Origin: Nitrosomonadales bacterium
GTDB taxonomy: Bacteria; Pseudomonadota; Gammaproteobacteria; Burkholderiales; SG8-39
Length of the DNA stretch: 64,000 nucleotides
Reading direction: 5' to 3'
Assembly: GCA_005240145.1 (NCBI GenBank)
Contig: SBAS01000088.1
Location: 4,925-68,924, forward strand
Part shown: one piece after another, positions 24,736-34,431 of the stretch
How positions within the stretch are numbered: position 1 is the first letter of the stretch
Layout of the letters: each line of letters starts with the position of its first letter
Translations under genes and position numbers: made by a program
Notes under the pieces: model-generated
Told to the model about the DNA's origin: nothing
Databases searched by the model: none
Seen by the model: only the letters and a program-made list of their open reading frames with translations

Positions 24736-25655
24736 TCCACGCTCTGCGCATCGCGACGCGCCGCAGCCGTCTCGCCCTCTGGCAGGCGGAGCACGTCAAA
24801 GCGCAGCTCGAGGCGTTGCGCCCGGGACTGCGCATCGAGCTGGTCCCCTTGTCCACCCGCGGCGACGAACTGGTTGACGTGTCGCTGGCCAAGGTGGGCG
24901 GCAAGGGCTTGTTCGTCAAGGAGCTGGAAACGGCGATCGCAGAGGGCCGCGCCGATATCGCGGTGCACTCGATGAAGGACGTGCCGGCAGCGCTGCCGCC
25001 GGGATTCTTGCTGGCAGCGATCCTCCCGCGCGAAGACCCGCGCGACGCCTTTGTTTCGCTGACGCACGCGAATCCGGCCGCCCTGCCCAAGGGCGCGGTG
25101 GTCGGTACCTCGAGCCTGCGCCGCCAGGCGCAGATCGCTGCGCGTCATCCTGCGCTCGAGATCCGGTCCTTGCGCGGCAATGTCGAGACGCGCGTTGCCA
25201 AGCTGGATCGCGGCGAATACGCGGCGATCGTGCTTGCCGCCGCGGGATTGAAGCGGCTCGGGCTCGCCGCGCGCATCCGCAGCACGCTTTCGATCGAGGA
25301 GTGCCTGCCCGCGGCGGGGCAGGGGGCGCTGGGCGTCGAGTGCCGGGCAGGGCGTGCAGAGCTGCTGGAGCTGCTTCAGCGCCTCGAGGATGCCGATACG
25401 AGCGCCTGCGTGCGCGCCGAGCGCCAGGTGAACCTGGCGCTGGGCGGCAGCTGCACCATCCCGCTGGGCGCCTATGCGCAGATTGCAGGCGGAAAAATGC
25501 ACTTGCGCGCGCTGGTCGCTTCGCCGGACGGCCGGCGTAGCGCACGCGCCGAGGCAGAGGCCGAGCCGCGGGATGCGCAAGCACTCGGCCTGCGCGTGGC
25601 GGCGTTGTTGCGCGAGCGCGGCGCCGCGGAGATTCTGGCGGCTTTGGTGCCATGA
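24732..25655 (+). CDS. hemC: hydroxymethylbilane synthase
   Basis: LRIATRRSRLALWQAEHV...TRGD...VHSMKDVP. The ATG at 24732 overlaps the algR stop (ATGA). Confidence 0.9.
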   Translation: MIHALRIATRRSRLALWQAEHVKAQLEALRPGLRIELVPLSTRGDELVDVSLAKVGGKGLFVKELETAIAEGRADIAVHSMKDVPAALPPGFLLAAILPREDPRDAFVSLTHANPAALPKGAVVGTSSLRRQAQIAARHPALEIRSLRGNVETRVAKLDRGEYAAIVLAAAGLKRLGLAARIRSTLSIEECLPAAGQGALGVECRAGRAELLELLQRLEDADTSACVRAERQVNLALGGSCTIPLGAYAQIAGGKMHLRALVASPDGRRSARAEAEAEPRDAQALGLRVAALLRERGAAEILAALVP

Positions 25656-25662
25656 ACCCGCC

Positions 25663-26457
25663 GTGAAATCCTCCCTACCGCTCGCCGGCAGACGGATCGT
25701 GGTGACACGGCCCGCAGGACAGGGTGCAGGGCTTGCGGCGCTGATTCGTGAATCCGGCGGCGAGCCGCTCGAATTGCCGGCGATCGAGATCCGCGAGTTG
25801 GCGGACCCGACTCCTTTCCATGCGGTCGCCGACCGCCTGGAATCGTTCGACTGCGCCATCTTCGTCAGCAGGAACGCGGTGCGCAAGGCTTTCGCGCTGA
25901 TCGGTGCGCGCCGTGCCGGCAGGCCCTGGCCCGCGCGGTTGCATGTGGCCACCGTTGGCGCCGGCAGCCGCGAGGAACTGGCGGCGCACGGCCTCACCGA
26001 TGTCATCGCACCCGAGGCGCAAGCCGACAGCGAGGCGCTGCTCGCGCTGCCCGAATTTGCCAGCATCGCGGGTCGGCGCATCGCGATCTTCCGCGGCGAG
26101 GGCGGGCGCAAATACCTGGGCGAGACGCTTGCCGCGCGTGGTGCCGTGGTCGAGCACGCGGCCTGCTACCAGCGCGTGATGCCGGAGGCTGGCCGCGCGC
26201 TGCTCGAGGCGGCCTGGGCGCAGGGCAAAGTGGACGCGATTCTGGTTTCTTCTGCTGAAGGACTCGCCAACCTGCTGGAGATGCTGGGTGGCGATGCGCC
26301 GCAACGGCTCGCCGGCACGGCGCTTTTCGTGCCGCACCCCCGCGTCGCCGGCGAAGCTGCGCGCTGCGGACTCGGTCAGGTGCGCGTCGCGGGTCCCGGG
26401 GACGCGCAGATGATGGCGGCGCTGGTTGCATACTTCGGCGGCGCAAGCTACAACTGA
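25663..26457 (+). CDS. hemD: uroporphyrinogen-III synthase
   Basis: A GTG 25663 start gives VKSSLPLAGRRIVVTRPAGQ..., typical of HemD (about 264 aa). Position after hemC supports the call. Confidence 0.8.
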   Translation: MKSSLPLAGRRIVVTRPAGQGAGLAALIRESGGEPLELPAIEIRELADPTPFHAVADRLESFDCAIFVSRNAVRKAFALIGARRAGRPWPARLHVATVGAGSREELAAHGLTDVIAPEAQADSEALLALPEFASIAGRRIAIFRGEGGRKYLGETLAARGAVVEHAACYQRVMPEAGRALLEAAWAQGKVDAILVSSAEGLANLLEMLGGDAPQRLAGTALFVPHPRVAGEAARCGLGQVRVAGPGDAQMMAALVAYFGGASYN

Positions 26458-26461
26458 GCGC

Positions 26462-27505
26462 ATGGACTCTCCCCCGACCCAGCCTCTGGTTGCGAACTCC
26501 GGCCCGCGCGGCCGGCTGCGCGTATTTGCCGTCGCGCTGGTGGTACTGGCGGGGATCGTCGCGGCGCTCTGGTTCGACACCCGTGGCCGCATCGGCGCGA
26601 CCCAGGAAGAGCTCGCCAAGCGCCTGCGCGACATCGAAATCGAAAGTCGCGAGGCCCGCGCGCTCGGCAGGCAGACGCAGGAAGGACTGCGCGAGGCGGT
26701 AGCCAAGCTGGGCGCGCTCGAAGCGAAAGTGGCCGAATCGCAGAGCCAGCAGGCCGCGCTCGAGGCGCTGTACCAGGAACTGGCGCGCAACCGCGACGAA
26801 TGGCAGCTGGCGGAGATCGAGCAGGTGCTGGCGATCGCGCAGCAGCAGCTGCAGCTCTCGGGCAACGTGCGCGCGGCGCTGCTCGCGCTGCAGCTGGCCG
26901 AGAGCCGCCTGTCGCGCGCCGACCGGCCGCAATTCCTGCCCGTGCGGCGCGCGCTGACGCGCGACATTGACCGCCTGAAATCGCTGCCGGTGCTCGACGT
27001 GCCGGGCCTGTCGCTCACCATCGACCGCCTGATCGCCTCGGTGGACGCGATGCCGCTGGCGTTCGACGAGCGCACCGAGCGACCCGCGGCCGCCAGGAAG
27101 GCCCCAGCCACGCCGCCGGCGGAAGAAGGTTTCTTCGCGCGCCTGGGCACCGAAGTCTGGAAGGAGCTGCGCCAGCTGGTCGTGGTGCGCAGGCTCGAAG
27201 CGCCCGAGCCGGCGCTGCTGCCGCCGGACCAGGCGTACTTCGTGCGCGAAAACCTCAAGCTGCGGCTGCTCAACGCCCGCCTCGCGCTGCTCACGCGCGA
27301 CGAAGCGGGCTATCGCGAGGACCTGCGCGTCGCGCAGCGCTGGATACAGCGCTATTTCGACGCGCGCGCCAAGGCCTCCCAGGGCGCGCTGACGCAGTTG
27401 CGCCAGCTCTCCTCGGCCTCGATCAGCTTCGAGCCGCCGACGATCGTCGACAGCCTCGAGGCGGTGCGCGGCTTCAAGTCGCGCCGCGAGCGAGTCGGGT
27501 CTTGA
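26462..27505 (+). CDS. hemX: HemX-family membrane protein
   Basis: ATG 26462. One N-terminal TM helix, then a long coiled coil. Conserved position between hemD and hemY. Confidence 0.7.
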   Translation: MDSPPTQPLVANSGPRGRLRVFAVALVVLAGIVAALWFDTRGRIGATQEELAKRLRDIEIESREARALGRQTQEGLREAVAKLGALEAKVAESQSQQAALEALYQELARNRDEWQLAEIEQVLAIAQQQLQLSGNVRAALLALQLAESRLSRADRPQFLPVRRALTRDIDRLKSLPVLDVPGLSLTIDRLIASVDAMPLAFDERTERPAAARKAPATPPAEEGFFARLGTEVWKELRQLVVVRRLEAPEPALLPPDQAYFVRENLKLRLLNARLALLTRDEAGYREDLRVAQRWIQRYFDARAKASQGALTQLRQLSSASISFEPPTIVDSLEAVRGFKSRRERVGS

Positions 27506-27515
27506 GAGGCGGCTG

Positions 27516-28706
27516 ATGCGCTGGCTTTTCTGGCTGGTTGCGGTATTCGCCGCGGCGGTCGCGCTCGCGATCACGGGCCGCGTCGGTGAAGGCTACATCG
27601 TGCTCGTCTACCCGCCCTGGCGGGTAGAGATCTCGCTGCTGCTGACGGTCCTCGCCCTGGTGGCCGCGTTCGCCCTCGCCTATGTAACGGTGCGCCTGGC
27701 CGGCAATACGCTCGCGTTGCCGGCGCAGGTGCGCGCGTTCCGCAAACGGCGCAAGCGTGAGCAGGCGCAGGGCGCCCTCGCTTCGGCGCTGCAATGCTAT
27801 TTCGAGGGGCGTTTCGCGCGCGCCGAAAAGGAAGCCGGGCTGGCCTGGGAGGCGGGTGCCGCGCCCGGCGTAGCCGCCCTGATCGCGGCGCGCGCCGCGC
27901 ACGAGATGCGCGAGCACGGGCGGCGCGACGAGTGGCTGCAACGGGCCGAAGGTGCGGGCGAATCGCTGCGCGCCGCGCGCCTGCTGACGCAAGCGGAACT
28001 GGCGCTGGAGGAGCGCGATTTCGTCGGTGCGCGAGATGCCTTGCGCAGCATGCACGGCAGGGGCCCGCGGAATATCGCCACCGCGCGCATGCAGCTGCGC
28101 GCCGAGCGCGGCGCACAGAACTGGGAGGAGGTGCTGCGCATTGCCGCGCTGCTCGCCAAGCGCGGCGCGCTGCCGCCGGCGATCGTGGAGGAGCACCGGG
28201 TGCAGGCCTATATCGAGTTGCTGGCGCGCGACGCCGGCGACCGCGTCTCGCTCGAGGCGCGCCTGCGCAAAATTCCCTCCGCGGACCTGGCGCATTCGCG
28301 TGTCGCGGTCGCGGCGGCGCGCCGCGCCGCGGCGCTGGGCGAGGCGGCGCTCGCGCGCGAGCTCATCGAACGCAGCCTCGGCGTGGAATGGACGGCCGCG
28401 CTGGTCGCCCTGTATGGCGAGGTGGAGAAGCTCGAAGCGGTGAAACGGCGGGATGAAGCACGCGCGCGCATCGAGCGCGGCGAGCGCTGGCTGCGCGAGC
28501 ATGCCGAAGACCCGCAGCTGCTCGCCACGCTCGGCCGCCTGTGCGTGGCGGCGGAACTCTGGGGCAAGGCACAGAACTATCTCGAAGCCAGCCTCACGTT
28601 CGGCGCCTCGCGCATCGCGCACCTGGAACTTGCCCGGCTGGCCGAGCGCGAAGGTCGCGCCGCCGAGGCGCAAAAGCACTTTCGCCGCGCCGGAGAACTG
28701 CCATGA
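27516..28706 (+). CDS. hemY: HemY-family TPR membrane protein
   Basis: 396 aa. MRWLFWLVAVFAAAVALA, two TM helices, then TPR-like repeats. Synteny supports the call. Confidence 0.7.
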   Translation: MRWLFWLVAVFAAAVALAITGRVGEGYIVLVYPPWRVEISLLLTVLALVAAFALAYVTVRLAGNTLALPAQVRAFRKRRKREQAQGALASALQCYFEGRFARAEKEAGLAWEAGAAPGVAALIAARAAHEMREHGRRDEWLQRAEGAGESLRAARLLTQAELALEERDFVGARDALRSMHGRGPRNIATARMQLRAERGAQNWEEVLRIAALLAKRGALPPAIVEEHRVQAYIELLARDAGDRVSLEARLRKIPSADLAHSRVAVAAARRAAALGEAALARELIERSLGVEWTAALVALYGEVEKLEAVKRRDEARARIERGERWLREHAEDPQLLATLGRLCVAAELWGKAQNYLEASLTFGASRIAHLELARLAEREGRAAEAQKHFRRAGELP

Positions 28707-28764
28707 CTGGTTGTGTTTTGGATTTTTGCTGTTCTTGCTCGCCTCGTCAACGAAGGCGCGCGCA

Positions 28765-28796
28765 TTGACAATGTGTAGCCACCAGGATACATTGTC
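28765..28796 (+). promoter_or_regulatory. near-consensus sigma70 promoter with embedded inverted repeat (operator) for the toxin-antitoxin cassette
   Basis: TTGACA (28765-28770), 17-nt spacer, TACATT (28788-28793). The inverted repeat GACAATGT (28767-28774) / ACATTGTC (28789-28796) spans both boxes. The ATG at 28799 is only 5 nt past the -10 box, so the transcript is probably leaderless. Confidence 0.6.
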
Positions 28797-28798
28797 GT

Positions 28799-28927
28799 AT
28801 GCTTCAAGTCCGCAAGACGGAGACGTTCGTCCGGTGGCTCGATGGATTGCGGGATATCCGCGCGCGAGCACGTGTTCAGGTCAGGATCGAGCGGCTCGCG
28901 GCCTTGCGTCTGGCGCGCAATCTTTAG
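28799..28927 (+). pseudogene. addiction-module killer (RelE/HigB-like) toxin, reduced to 42 codons
   Basis: MLQVRKTETFVRWLDGLRDIRARARVQVRIERLAA matches the N-terminus of about 100-aa killer proteins. The core (GNxGDxKxVGxGVxELR...) is absent and the ORF ends LRLARNL-stop. Not in the ORF track. Confidence 0.55.
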
Positions 28928-28933
28928 GAGAGC

Positions 28934-29230
28934 GTGATGGGTAAAACCAAGACTACTCGCTACGACATCGCTGAACACCTTCGCACACCGGAGGAGATGG
29001 CGACGTATCTGGAAGCCTGCCTGGAGGAGGCCGACGGCAATGCACCATTCATTGCCAAGGCGCTGGGCGATATCGCGCGCGCCAAAGGCATGGCGCAGGT
29101 AGCTCGTGACTCCGGGCTGTCGCGCGAAAGCCTTTACAAGGCGCTATCTGGAGAGCGCAGTCCCGACTTCGACACCATTCTCAAGGTGGTGGAAGCGCTG
29201 GGAATCAAGTTGCACGCGCAGGCTGCTTAG
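28934..29230 (+). CDS. addiction-module antidote protein (HTH, HigA-like)
   Basis: 98 aa. YDIAEHLRTPEEMATYLEACLEE...IAKALGDIARAKGMAQVARDSGLSRESLYKALSGERSPDFDTILKVVEALG is the typical antidote-family sequence. Confidence 0.8.
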   Translation: MMGKTKTTRYDIAEHLRTPEEMATYLEACLEEADGNAPFIAKALGDIARAKGMAQVARDSGLSRESLYKALSGERSPDFDTILKVVEALGIKLHAQAA

Positions 29231-29259
29231 GAGCGATCCGAGCCGGAGGGCAATTCTTT

Positions 29260-30156
29260 CTAAACCCAATCCCTCGGTTTGAGAAAATCTGAGTAGAGCT
29301 TGGCTTCGGGGGAGCCCGGCGTGGGCGTCCAGCCGTAGCGCCAGGTGACCTCCGGCGGCAGGGACATGAGGATGGATTCGGTGCGGCCGCCCGATTGCAG
29401 GCCGAACAGCGTGCCCCGGTCGTAGACCAGGTTGAATTCCACGTAGCGCCCGCGCCGGTAGCACTGGAAAGCGCGTTCGGCGGCATTCCAGGGCAGGCCG
29501 CGGCGCCGCTCGAGGATCGGACTGTAGGCGGTGATGAAATGGTCGCCGACCGAGCGCGTGAGCGCGAATGCGGTGGGGAAATCCGGTTCCGCCAGGTCGT
29601 CGAAGAAGATGCCGCCGATGCCGCGCGCTTCGTTGCGGTGCTTGAGGAAGAAGTACTCGTCGCACCATTTTTTGTAATGTGCATGCCGTTCCGCACCGAA
29701 AGGTTCCAGCGCACGCCGGCAGGTGCTGTGGAAATGCTTCGCGTCCTCCGCGTAGCCGTAATAGGGCGTCAGGTCCATGCCGCCGCCGAACCACCACACC
29801 GGAGGTTCGCCCGGCTTGCTGGCGCTGAAAAAGCGCACGTTGAGGTGCACCGTCGGGCAATGCGGGTTGCGCGGATGCAGCACCAGCGAGACGCCCATTG
29901 CCTCGAAGCTGCGCCCGGCGAGCTGCGGCCGCGATGCCGATGCCGACGGCGGCAGGCTTCTGCCCGAGACATGGGAGAAGGAAACCCCGCCGCGCTCGAA
30001 GAGCTTGCCCTCCTCGATGTAGCAGGTGGCGCCACCACCGCCTTCGCTGCGCTGCCAGTGATCGGTCGTGAACGCGCTGCCGTCCAGAGATTCGAGCGAG
30101 GCGACGATGCGCGCCTGCAGTGCGGTGAAGTAGTCGCGGACCGGGCGAGTGTCCAC
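29260..30156 (-). CDS. hemF: oxygen-dependent coproporphyrinogen-III oxidase
   Basis: 298 aa. WQRSEGGGG...[11 protein letters not shown]...[19 protein letters not shown]...[13 protein letters not shown]. Confidence 0.95.
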   Translation of the reverse strand: MDTRPVRDYFTALQARIVASLESLDGSAFTTDHWQRSEGGGGATCYIEEGKLFERGGVSFSHVSGRSLPPSASASRPQLAGRSFEAMGVSLVLHPRNPHCPTVHLNVRFFSASKPGEPPVWWFGGGMDLTPYYGYAEDAKHFHSTCRRALEPFGAERHAHYKKWCDEYFFLKHRNEARGIGGIFFDDLAEPDFPTAFALTRSVGDHFITAYSPILERRRGLPWNAAERAFQCYRRGRYVEFNLVYDRGTLFGLQSGGRTESILMSLPPEVTWRYGWTPTPGSPEAKLYSDFLKPRDWV

Positions 30157-30157
30157 G

Positions 30158-31426
30158 TTAACCCTTCAGGGCACGGTGACCGACATCTTCTCTCAGCTGC
30201 ATGCCGTCGAAACGGATGGCAGCGGCGGTCTCGTAAGCGCGCGCGCGCGCCATCTTGAGCGAGCCGCCGAGCGCCGTGACGCAGAGCACCCGGCCGCCGT
30301 TGGTGACGAGGCGCTTGCCCTCGAGTCTCGTCCCGGCGTGGAACACGCGGCAGTCATCGTTGGCTTTCGGCAGTACCGTGATCTCATCGCCCTTGCGGGG
30401 TTCGTCGGGATAGCCGGCGGCGGCGAGCACCACGCCCAGCGCAGGGCGGCGGTCCCAGTCGGCGGAGGCGAGGTCCAACGTGCCGGCCAGCGCGTGCTCG
30501 ACCAGCGCGAGCAGATCCGTTTTCAGCCGCAGCATGATCGGTTGCGTCTCGGGGTCGCCGAGGCGGCAGTTGAACTCCAGGACCTTTGCGTTGCCGGCCT
30601 TGTCGATCATGAGGCCGGCGTAGAGGAAGCCGCTGTAGGGCGTGCCGTCCTTCGCCATGCCGGCAATCGCCGGCTGAATGATGTCGCGCATCACGCGAGC
30701 GTGCAGTTGCGGCGTCACCACCGGCGCAGGCGAGTAGGCGCCCATGCCGCCGGTGTTCGGCCCCTGGTCGCCGTCGCGCAGGCGTTTGTGGTCCTGGCTG
30801 GTGGCGAGCGGCAGCGCATGCGCGCCGTCCGCCATGACGATGAAGCTCGCTTCCTCGCCGTCGAGGAACTCCTCGATTACGACGCGCGCGCCCGCGTCGC
30901 CGAGCCGGTTGTCCACCAGCATCTGGTCGATCGCGGCGTTTGCCTCCGCAATGCTCGTGGCAACCACCACGCCCTTGCCGGCGGCGAGGCCGTCGGCCTT
31001 GATCACGATCGGCGCACCCTGCTGCTCGACGTAGGCACGGGCTTGCGCGGCGCTGGTGAAGGTCGCGTGCTTTGCCGTCGGCAGGCCGTGGCGCAGCATG
31101 AAGCGCTTGGCGAAATCCTTCGAGGCTTCGAGCTGCGCCGCGGCGCGCAGCGGGCCGAAGATTTTCTGTCCCGCGTTCTGGAAGGCGTCGACGATGCCCG
31201 CAGCGAGCGGCGCTTCCGGCCCGACGACGGTGAGGTAGATCTGTTCCTTCCTCGCGAACGCCACCAACTCGGCAATGCCGGTCAGCGCGACATTCTCCAG
31301 GCCATTCTCGGTCGCGGTGCCGCCGTTGCCGGGCGCGACGAACACTTTCTGCACTTTCGGGCTTTGCGCCAGCTTCCACGCCATCGCGTGCTCGCGACCT
31401 CCCGACCCGATGACGAGGAGCTTCAT
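30158..31426 (-). CDS. purD: phosphoribosylamine--glycine ligase
   Basis: Start at ATG 31426 ([19 protein letters not shown]). ATP-grasp motifs are present. The upstream 18 codons of the track ORF were discarded. Confidence 0.95.
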   Translation of the reverse strand: MKLLVIGSGGREHAMAWKLAQSPKVQKVFVAPGNGGTATENGLENVALTGIAELVAFARKEQIYLTVVGPEAPLAAGIVDAFQNAGQKIFGPLRAAAQLEASKDFAKRFMLRHGLPTAKHATFTSAAQARAYVEQQGAPIVIKADGLAAGKGVVVATSIAEANAAIDQMLVDNRLGDAGARVVIEEFLDGEEASFIVMADGAHALPLATSQDHKRLRDGDQGPNTGGMGAYSPAPVVTPQLHARVMRDIIQPAIAGMAKDGTPYSGFLYAGLMIDKAGNAKVLEFNCRLGDPETQPIMLRLKTDLLALVEHALAGTLDLASADWDRRPALGVVLAAAGYPDEPRKGDEITVLPKANDDCRVFHAGTRLEGKRLVTNGGRVLCVTALGGSLKMARARAYETAAAIRFDGMQLREDVGHRALKG

Positions 31427-31427
31427 G

Positions 31428-33017
31428 TCAGTGGCGGAAATGCCGCACGCCGGTGAACACCATCGCGATGCCGCGCTCATCAGCGGCGGCGATGACTTCG
31501 GCGTCGCGCTGGCTGCCGCCGGGCTGGATCACGGCGCTGGCACCCGCGTCGATGACCGCATCGAGGCCGTCGCGAAACGGGAAGAAGGCATCGGAGGCGA
31601 CCACCGAGTCCGCCAGCTGCAGGCCGGCGTTGGCTGCCTTGATGACCGCGATGCGCGCGCTGTCCACGCGGCTCATCTGCCCCGCGCCGACGCCCAGCGT
31701 GGCGCCGTCGCGGCAAAAGACGATGGCGTTCGATTTCACGTACTTGGCGACGCGCCAGGCAAACAGCAGGTCATCCAGCTGCCGCTCGGCGGGTTTCTTC
31801 TTCGTCACGGTCTTCAGCTCCCTGCGCGATACCTCGCGGTTGTCCGCAGTCTGGAGCAGCAGGCCAGAGCCGACGCGCTTCGCGTCGTGCAGGTTGCGGC
31901 CCTGCTCCCACGCCGAAAGGCCGTCGCGTTTGACCCGGTCGAGGGAGATCTCCAGCACGCGCACGTTGGACTTCTCCGCGAGCGCCTCGCGCGCTTCCTT
32001 GCTGTAGGCGGGCGCCACCAGCACCTCGACGAACTGCGCCGCGACGCGGCGCGCGGCTTCGCCATCCACCGTGACGTTGAAGGCGATGATGCCGCCGAAG
32101 GCCGAGGTCGGGTCGGTCTTGAAGGCCTTGGCGTAGGCCTCGGCTGCGTTCGCGCCGAGCGCCGCGCCGCAGGGGTTGGCGTGCTTGACGATGACGCAGG
32201 CCGGCGTCTCGAAGCTCTTGACGCATTCCCAGGCGGCGTCAGCGTCGGCGATGTTGTTGTAGGAGAGTTCCTTGCCCTGGCGCTGCTTGGCCGTGACCAG
32301 CGAGCCGGGCGCGGGTCCCTCGTCGCGGTAGAACGCCGCCCGCTGGTGCGGGTTCTCGCCGTAGCGCAGCTCCTGCAGCTTGACGAAGCGGCCGTTGCTC
32401 TGCGCCGGGAACTCGCTGCGCGCGCCGTCCGCGCCCAGCGAGGACAGGTAGTCGCTGATCGCCGCGTCGTAGCTGCTGATGCGATTGAATGCCGCCACTG
32501 CGAACGCGAAGCGCGTCGCGTCGCTCAGACCGCCGTCGCGCTGGAGCTCCTCCAGCACGCCGGGGTACTGCGACGGGTCGGTGAGGACCGCCACTCCCTT
32601 CCAGTTTTTCGCCGCCGAGCGGACCATCGCGGGGCCGCCGATGTCAATGTTCTCGATTGCGTTGTCCAGCGTGCAGTCGGGGTCGGCGACAGTGGCCTCG
32701 AACGGGTAGAGATTGACCGCGATGAGGTCGATCGGCGCGATGCCGGCCTTCTCGATCGCCGCCAGGTGCTCGCGGCTGTCGCGCCTGGCGAGGATGCCGC
32801 CGTGGATCGCGGGGTGCAGCGTCTTGACGCGGCCGTCGAGCATTTCCGGAAAGCCGGTATGCGCCGATACTTCCGTGACGCGGAGGCCTGCCTTTTCCAG
32901 CAGCCTGGCGGTGCCGCCGGTGGATAGGATCTGCACCCCAAGGGCGGCGAGGGCGCGGGCGAACTCGACGACGCCCGACTTGTCCGAGACGCTGATGAGC
33001 GCCCGTGCGACCTTCAC
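31428..33017 (-). CDS. purH: bifunctional AICAR transformylase / IMP cyclohydrolase
   Basis: 529 aa. [10 protein letters not shown]...ILSTGGTA...VKTLHP...C-terminal FTGVRHFRH. Confidence 0.95.
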   Translation of the reverse strand: MKVARALISVSDKSGVVEFARALAALGVQILSTGGTARLLEKAGLRVTEVSAHTGFPEMLDGRVKTLHPAIHGGILARRDSREHLAAIEKAGIAPIDLIAVNLYPFEATVADPDCTLDNAIENIDIGGPAMVRSAAKNWKGVAVLTDPSQYPGVLEELQRDGGLSDATRFAFAVAAFNRISSYDAAISDYLSSLGADGARSEFPAQSNGRFVKLQELRYGENPHQRAAFYRDEGPAPGSLVTAKQRQGKELSYNNIADADAAWECVKSFETPACVIVKHANPCGAALGANAAEAYAKAFKTDPTSAFGGIIAFNVTVDGEAARRVAAQFVEVLVAPAYSKEAREALAEKSNVRVLEISLDRVKRDGLSAWEQGRNLHDAKRVGSGLLLQTADNREVSRRELKTVTKKKPAERQLDDLLFAWRVAKYVKSNAIVFCRDGATLGVGAGQMSRVDSARIAVIKAANAGLQLADSVVASDAFFPFRDGLDAVIDAGASAVIQPGGSQRDAEVIAAADERGIAMVFTGVRHFRH

Positions 33018-33041
33018 CTCAGGGTTTTCCCTGCGTTACCT

Positions 33042-33281
33042 TCATGCCTTGATCCGCAGCTGCTGAATTTTCTTGCGCAGGGTATTGCGGTCGATGCCGA
33101 GCATTGCCGCCGCCGCGCTCTGGTTGCCCGCGGCCTTGCCCAGCACCGTCTCGATCAGCGGCCGCTCGATGTTTTTCAGCACCATGCCGTAGATCGCGGT
33201 CGGCTGCTCGCCGTCCATGTCGCGAAAGTAGCGCTCCAGGGAGCGCTTCACCGCGTCGGCGAGTTCGGTGTTGCGACTCAT
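33042..33281 (-). CDS. fis: DNA-binding protein Fis
   Basis: 79 aa. The C-terminus GNQSAAAAMLGIDRNTLRKKI is the Fis HTH. It lies downstream of dusB as in enterobacteria and pseudomonads. Confidence 0.9.
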   Translation of the reverse strand: MSRNTELADAVKRSLERYFRDMDGEQPTAIYGMVLKNIERPLIETVLGKAAGNQSAAAAMLGIDRNTLRKKIQQLRIKA

Positions 33282-34309
33282 GCCGGATCGACGCGAGCGT
33301 CGATTTGGACCAATCCGTCATAGAAGCGGGCCACGGCGGTGAGTTGCGCCGCCGCGGACAGGATCTGGACTGCGTCCCGGCGAAAAGCCTCGCCGCCCGG
33401 GAGTTTGCGCGTGTACCAGCCGATGTGCTTGCGCGCGATGCGCACGCCGAACTCCTCGCCATACAGCGCGTAGATGCCCTCGAGGTGCTCGAGCGCGACC
33501 GAGCGCATTTCGGCTGCCGGAGGCGGCGGAAGCTTCCTGCCTTCGCTCAGGAAGCAGGCGAACTCGCGGAAAATCCAGGGCCGGCCGTGCGCCGCGCGGC
33601 CGATCATGACGCCGTCGGCGCCGGTGTAGTCCAGGACGCGGCGGGCTTCCTCCGGCGTATCGATGTCGCCGTTGGCGATGACCGGGATGCGCACGCCGGC
33701 CTTGACCTCGGCCACGGTGTCGAACTCGGCCTGGCCGCGAAAGCCGCAAGCGCGGGTGCGGCCGTGGACCGCGAGCAGGCGTACGCCCGCGCTTTCGGCG
33801 ATGCGCGCGATGCGCAGCGCATTGCGATGCTCGGGATCGGGGCCGGTGCGGATCTTCAAAGTCACAGGTACGTCGACCGCCGCGACGACCGCCTGCAGGA
33901 TGCGCGCCACCAGGGCTTCATTGGACAGGAGCGCCGAACCGGCCGCGACATTGCAGACCTTCTTCGCCGGGCAACCCATGTTGATGTCGATGATCTGCGC
34001 GCCCTCGCCGGCGTTGACGCGGGCGGCCTCCGCCATCTGAGCAGGATCGGCGCCGACGATCTGCACCGAAATAGGGCCGGCTGAGCCGCGCAGTTCACCT
34101 TCATGCGCCAGGCGCAGGCGCGATTTGCGGCTGCCGCGCAGCTCGGGACGCGACGAGACCATTTCGGAGATCGCCAGGCCGGCGCCGAAGCGCCGGCACA
34201 GCGTGCGGAACGGCCGGTCGGTAACGCCCGCCATAGGTGCGGCGAACAGGCCATTGCGCAACACATGCGCGCCAATGCGCATTCGTAAATCCTGCGCGCC
34301 GAGCTGCAT
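33278..34309 (-). CDS. dusB: tRNA-dihydrouridine synthase B
   Basis: 343 aa. APMAGVTDRPFR...IDINMGCPAKKV...VHGRTR. Confidence 0.9.
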   Translation of the reverse strand: MQLGAQDLRMRIGAHVLRNGLFAAPMAGVTDRPFRTLCRRFGAGLAISEMVSSRPELRGSRKSRLRLAHEGELRGSAGPISVQIVGADPAQMAEAARVNAGEGAQIIDINMGCPAKKVCNVAAGSALLSNEALVARILQAVVAAVDVPVTLKIRTGPDPEHRNALRIARIAESAGVRLLAVHGRTRACGFRGQAEFDTVAEVKAGVRIPVIANGDIDTPEEARRVLDYTGADGVMIGRAAHGRPWIFREFACFLSEGRKLPPPPAAEMRSVALEHLEGIYALYGEEFGVRIARKHIGWYTRKLPGGEAFRRDAVQILSAAAQLTAVARFYDGLVQIDARVDPA

Positions 34310-34431
34310 ATCTACGGGTGTTTGGCGGTCATGCGAGGGGAACGGATTCTAGCGCGTTCCGCTGCGGAAAAACATCGGCAGTGTTGCGTTTTGCAAACAC
34401 TATCCGTGCTTTGCCGACCGCCACGCCAACG

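Noticed and set aside
21426-28871. Large antisense ORFs opposite argH, algZ, hemC, hemD, hemX and hemY (e.g. 21426-22910, 22936-23967, 24276-26111, 25675-27294, 26003-27574, 27474-28871)
   Set aside because: They are typical high-GC shadow ORFs. Their translations are dominated by Arg/Ala/Gly/Pro, carry no recognisable motifs, and lie opposite genes with strong family signatures.
34346-34420. Imperfect palindrome GTGTTGCGTTTTGCAAACAC and TAGAAT box upstream of dusB-fis as a Fis autoregulatory promoter
   Set aside because: It is plausible by analogy with E. coli fis. However, the palindrome is imperfect (one-base bulge) and I could not find a convincing -35 box. The support is too weak to list as a feature.
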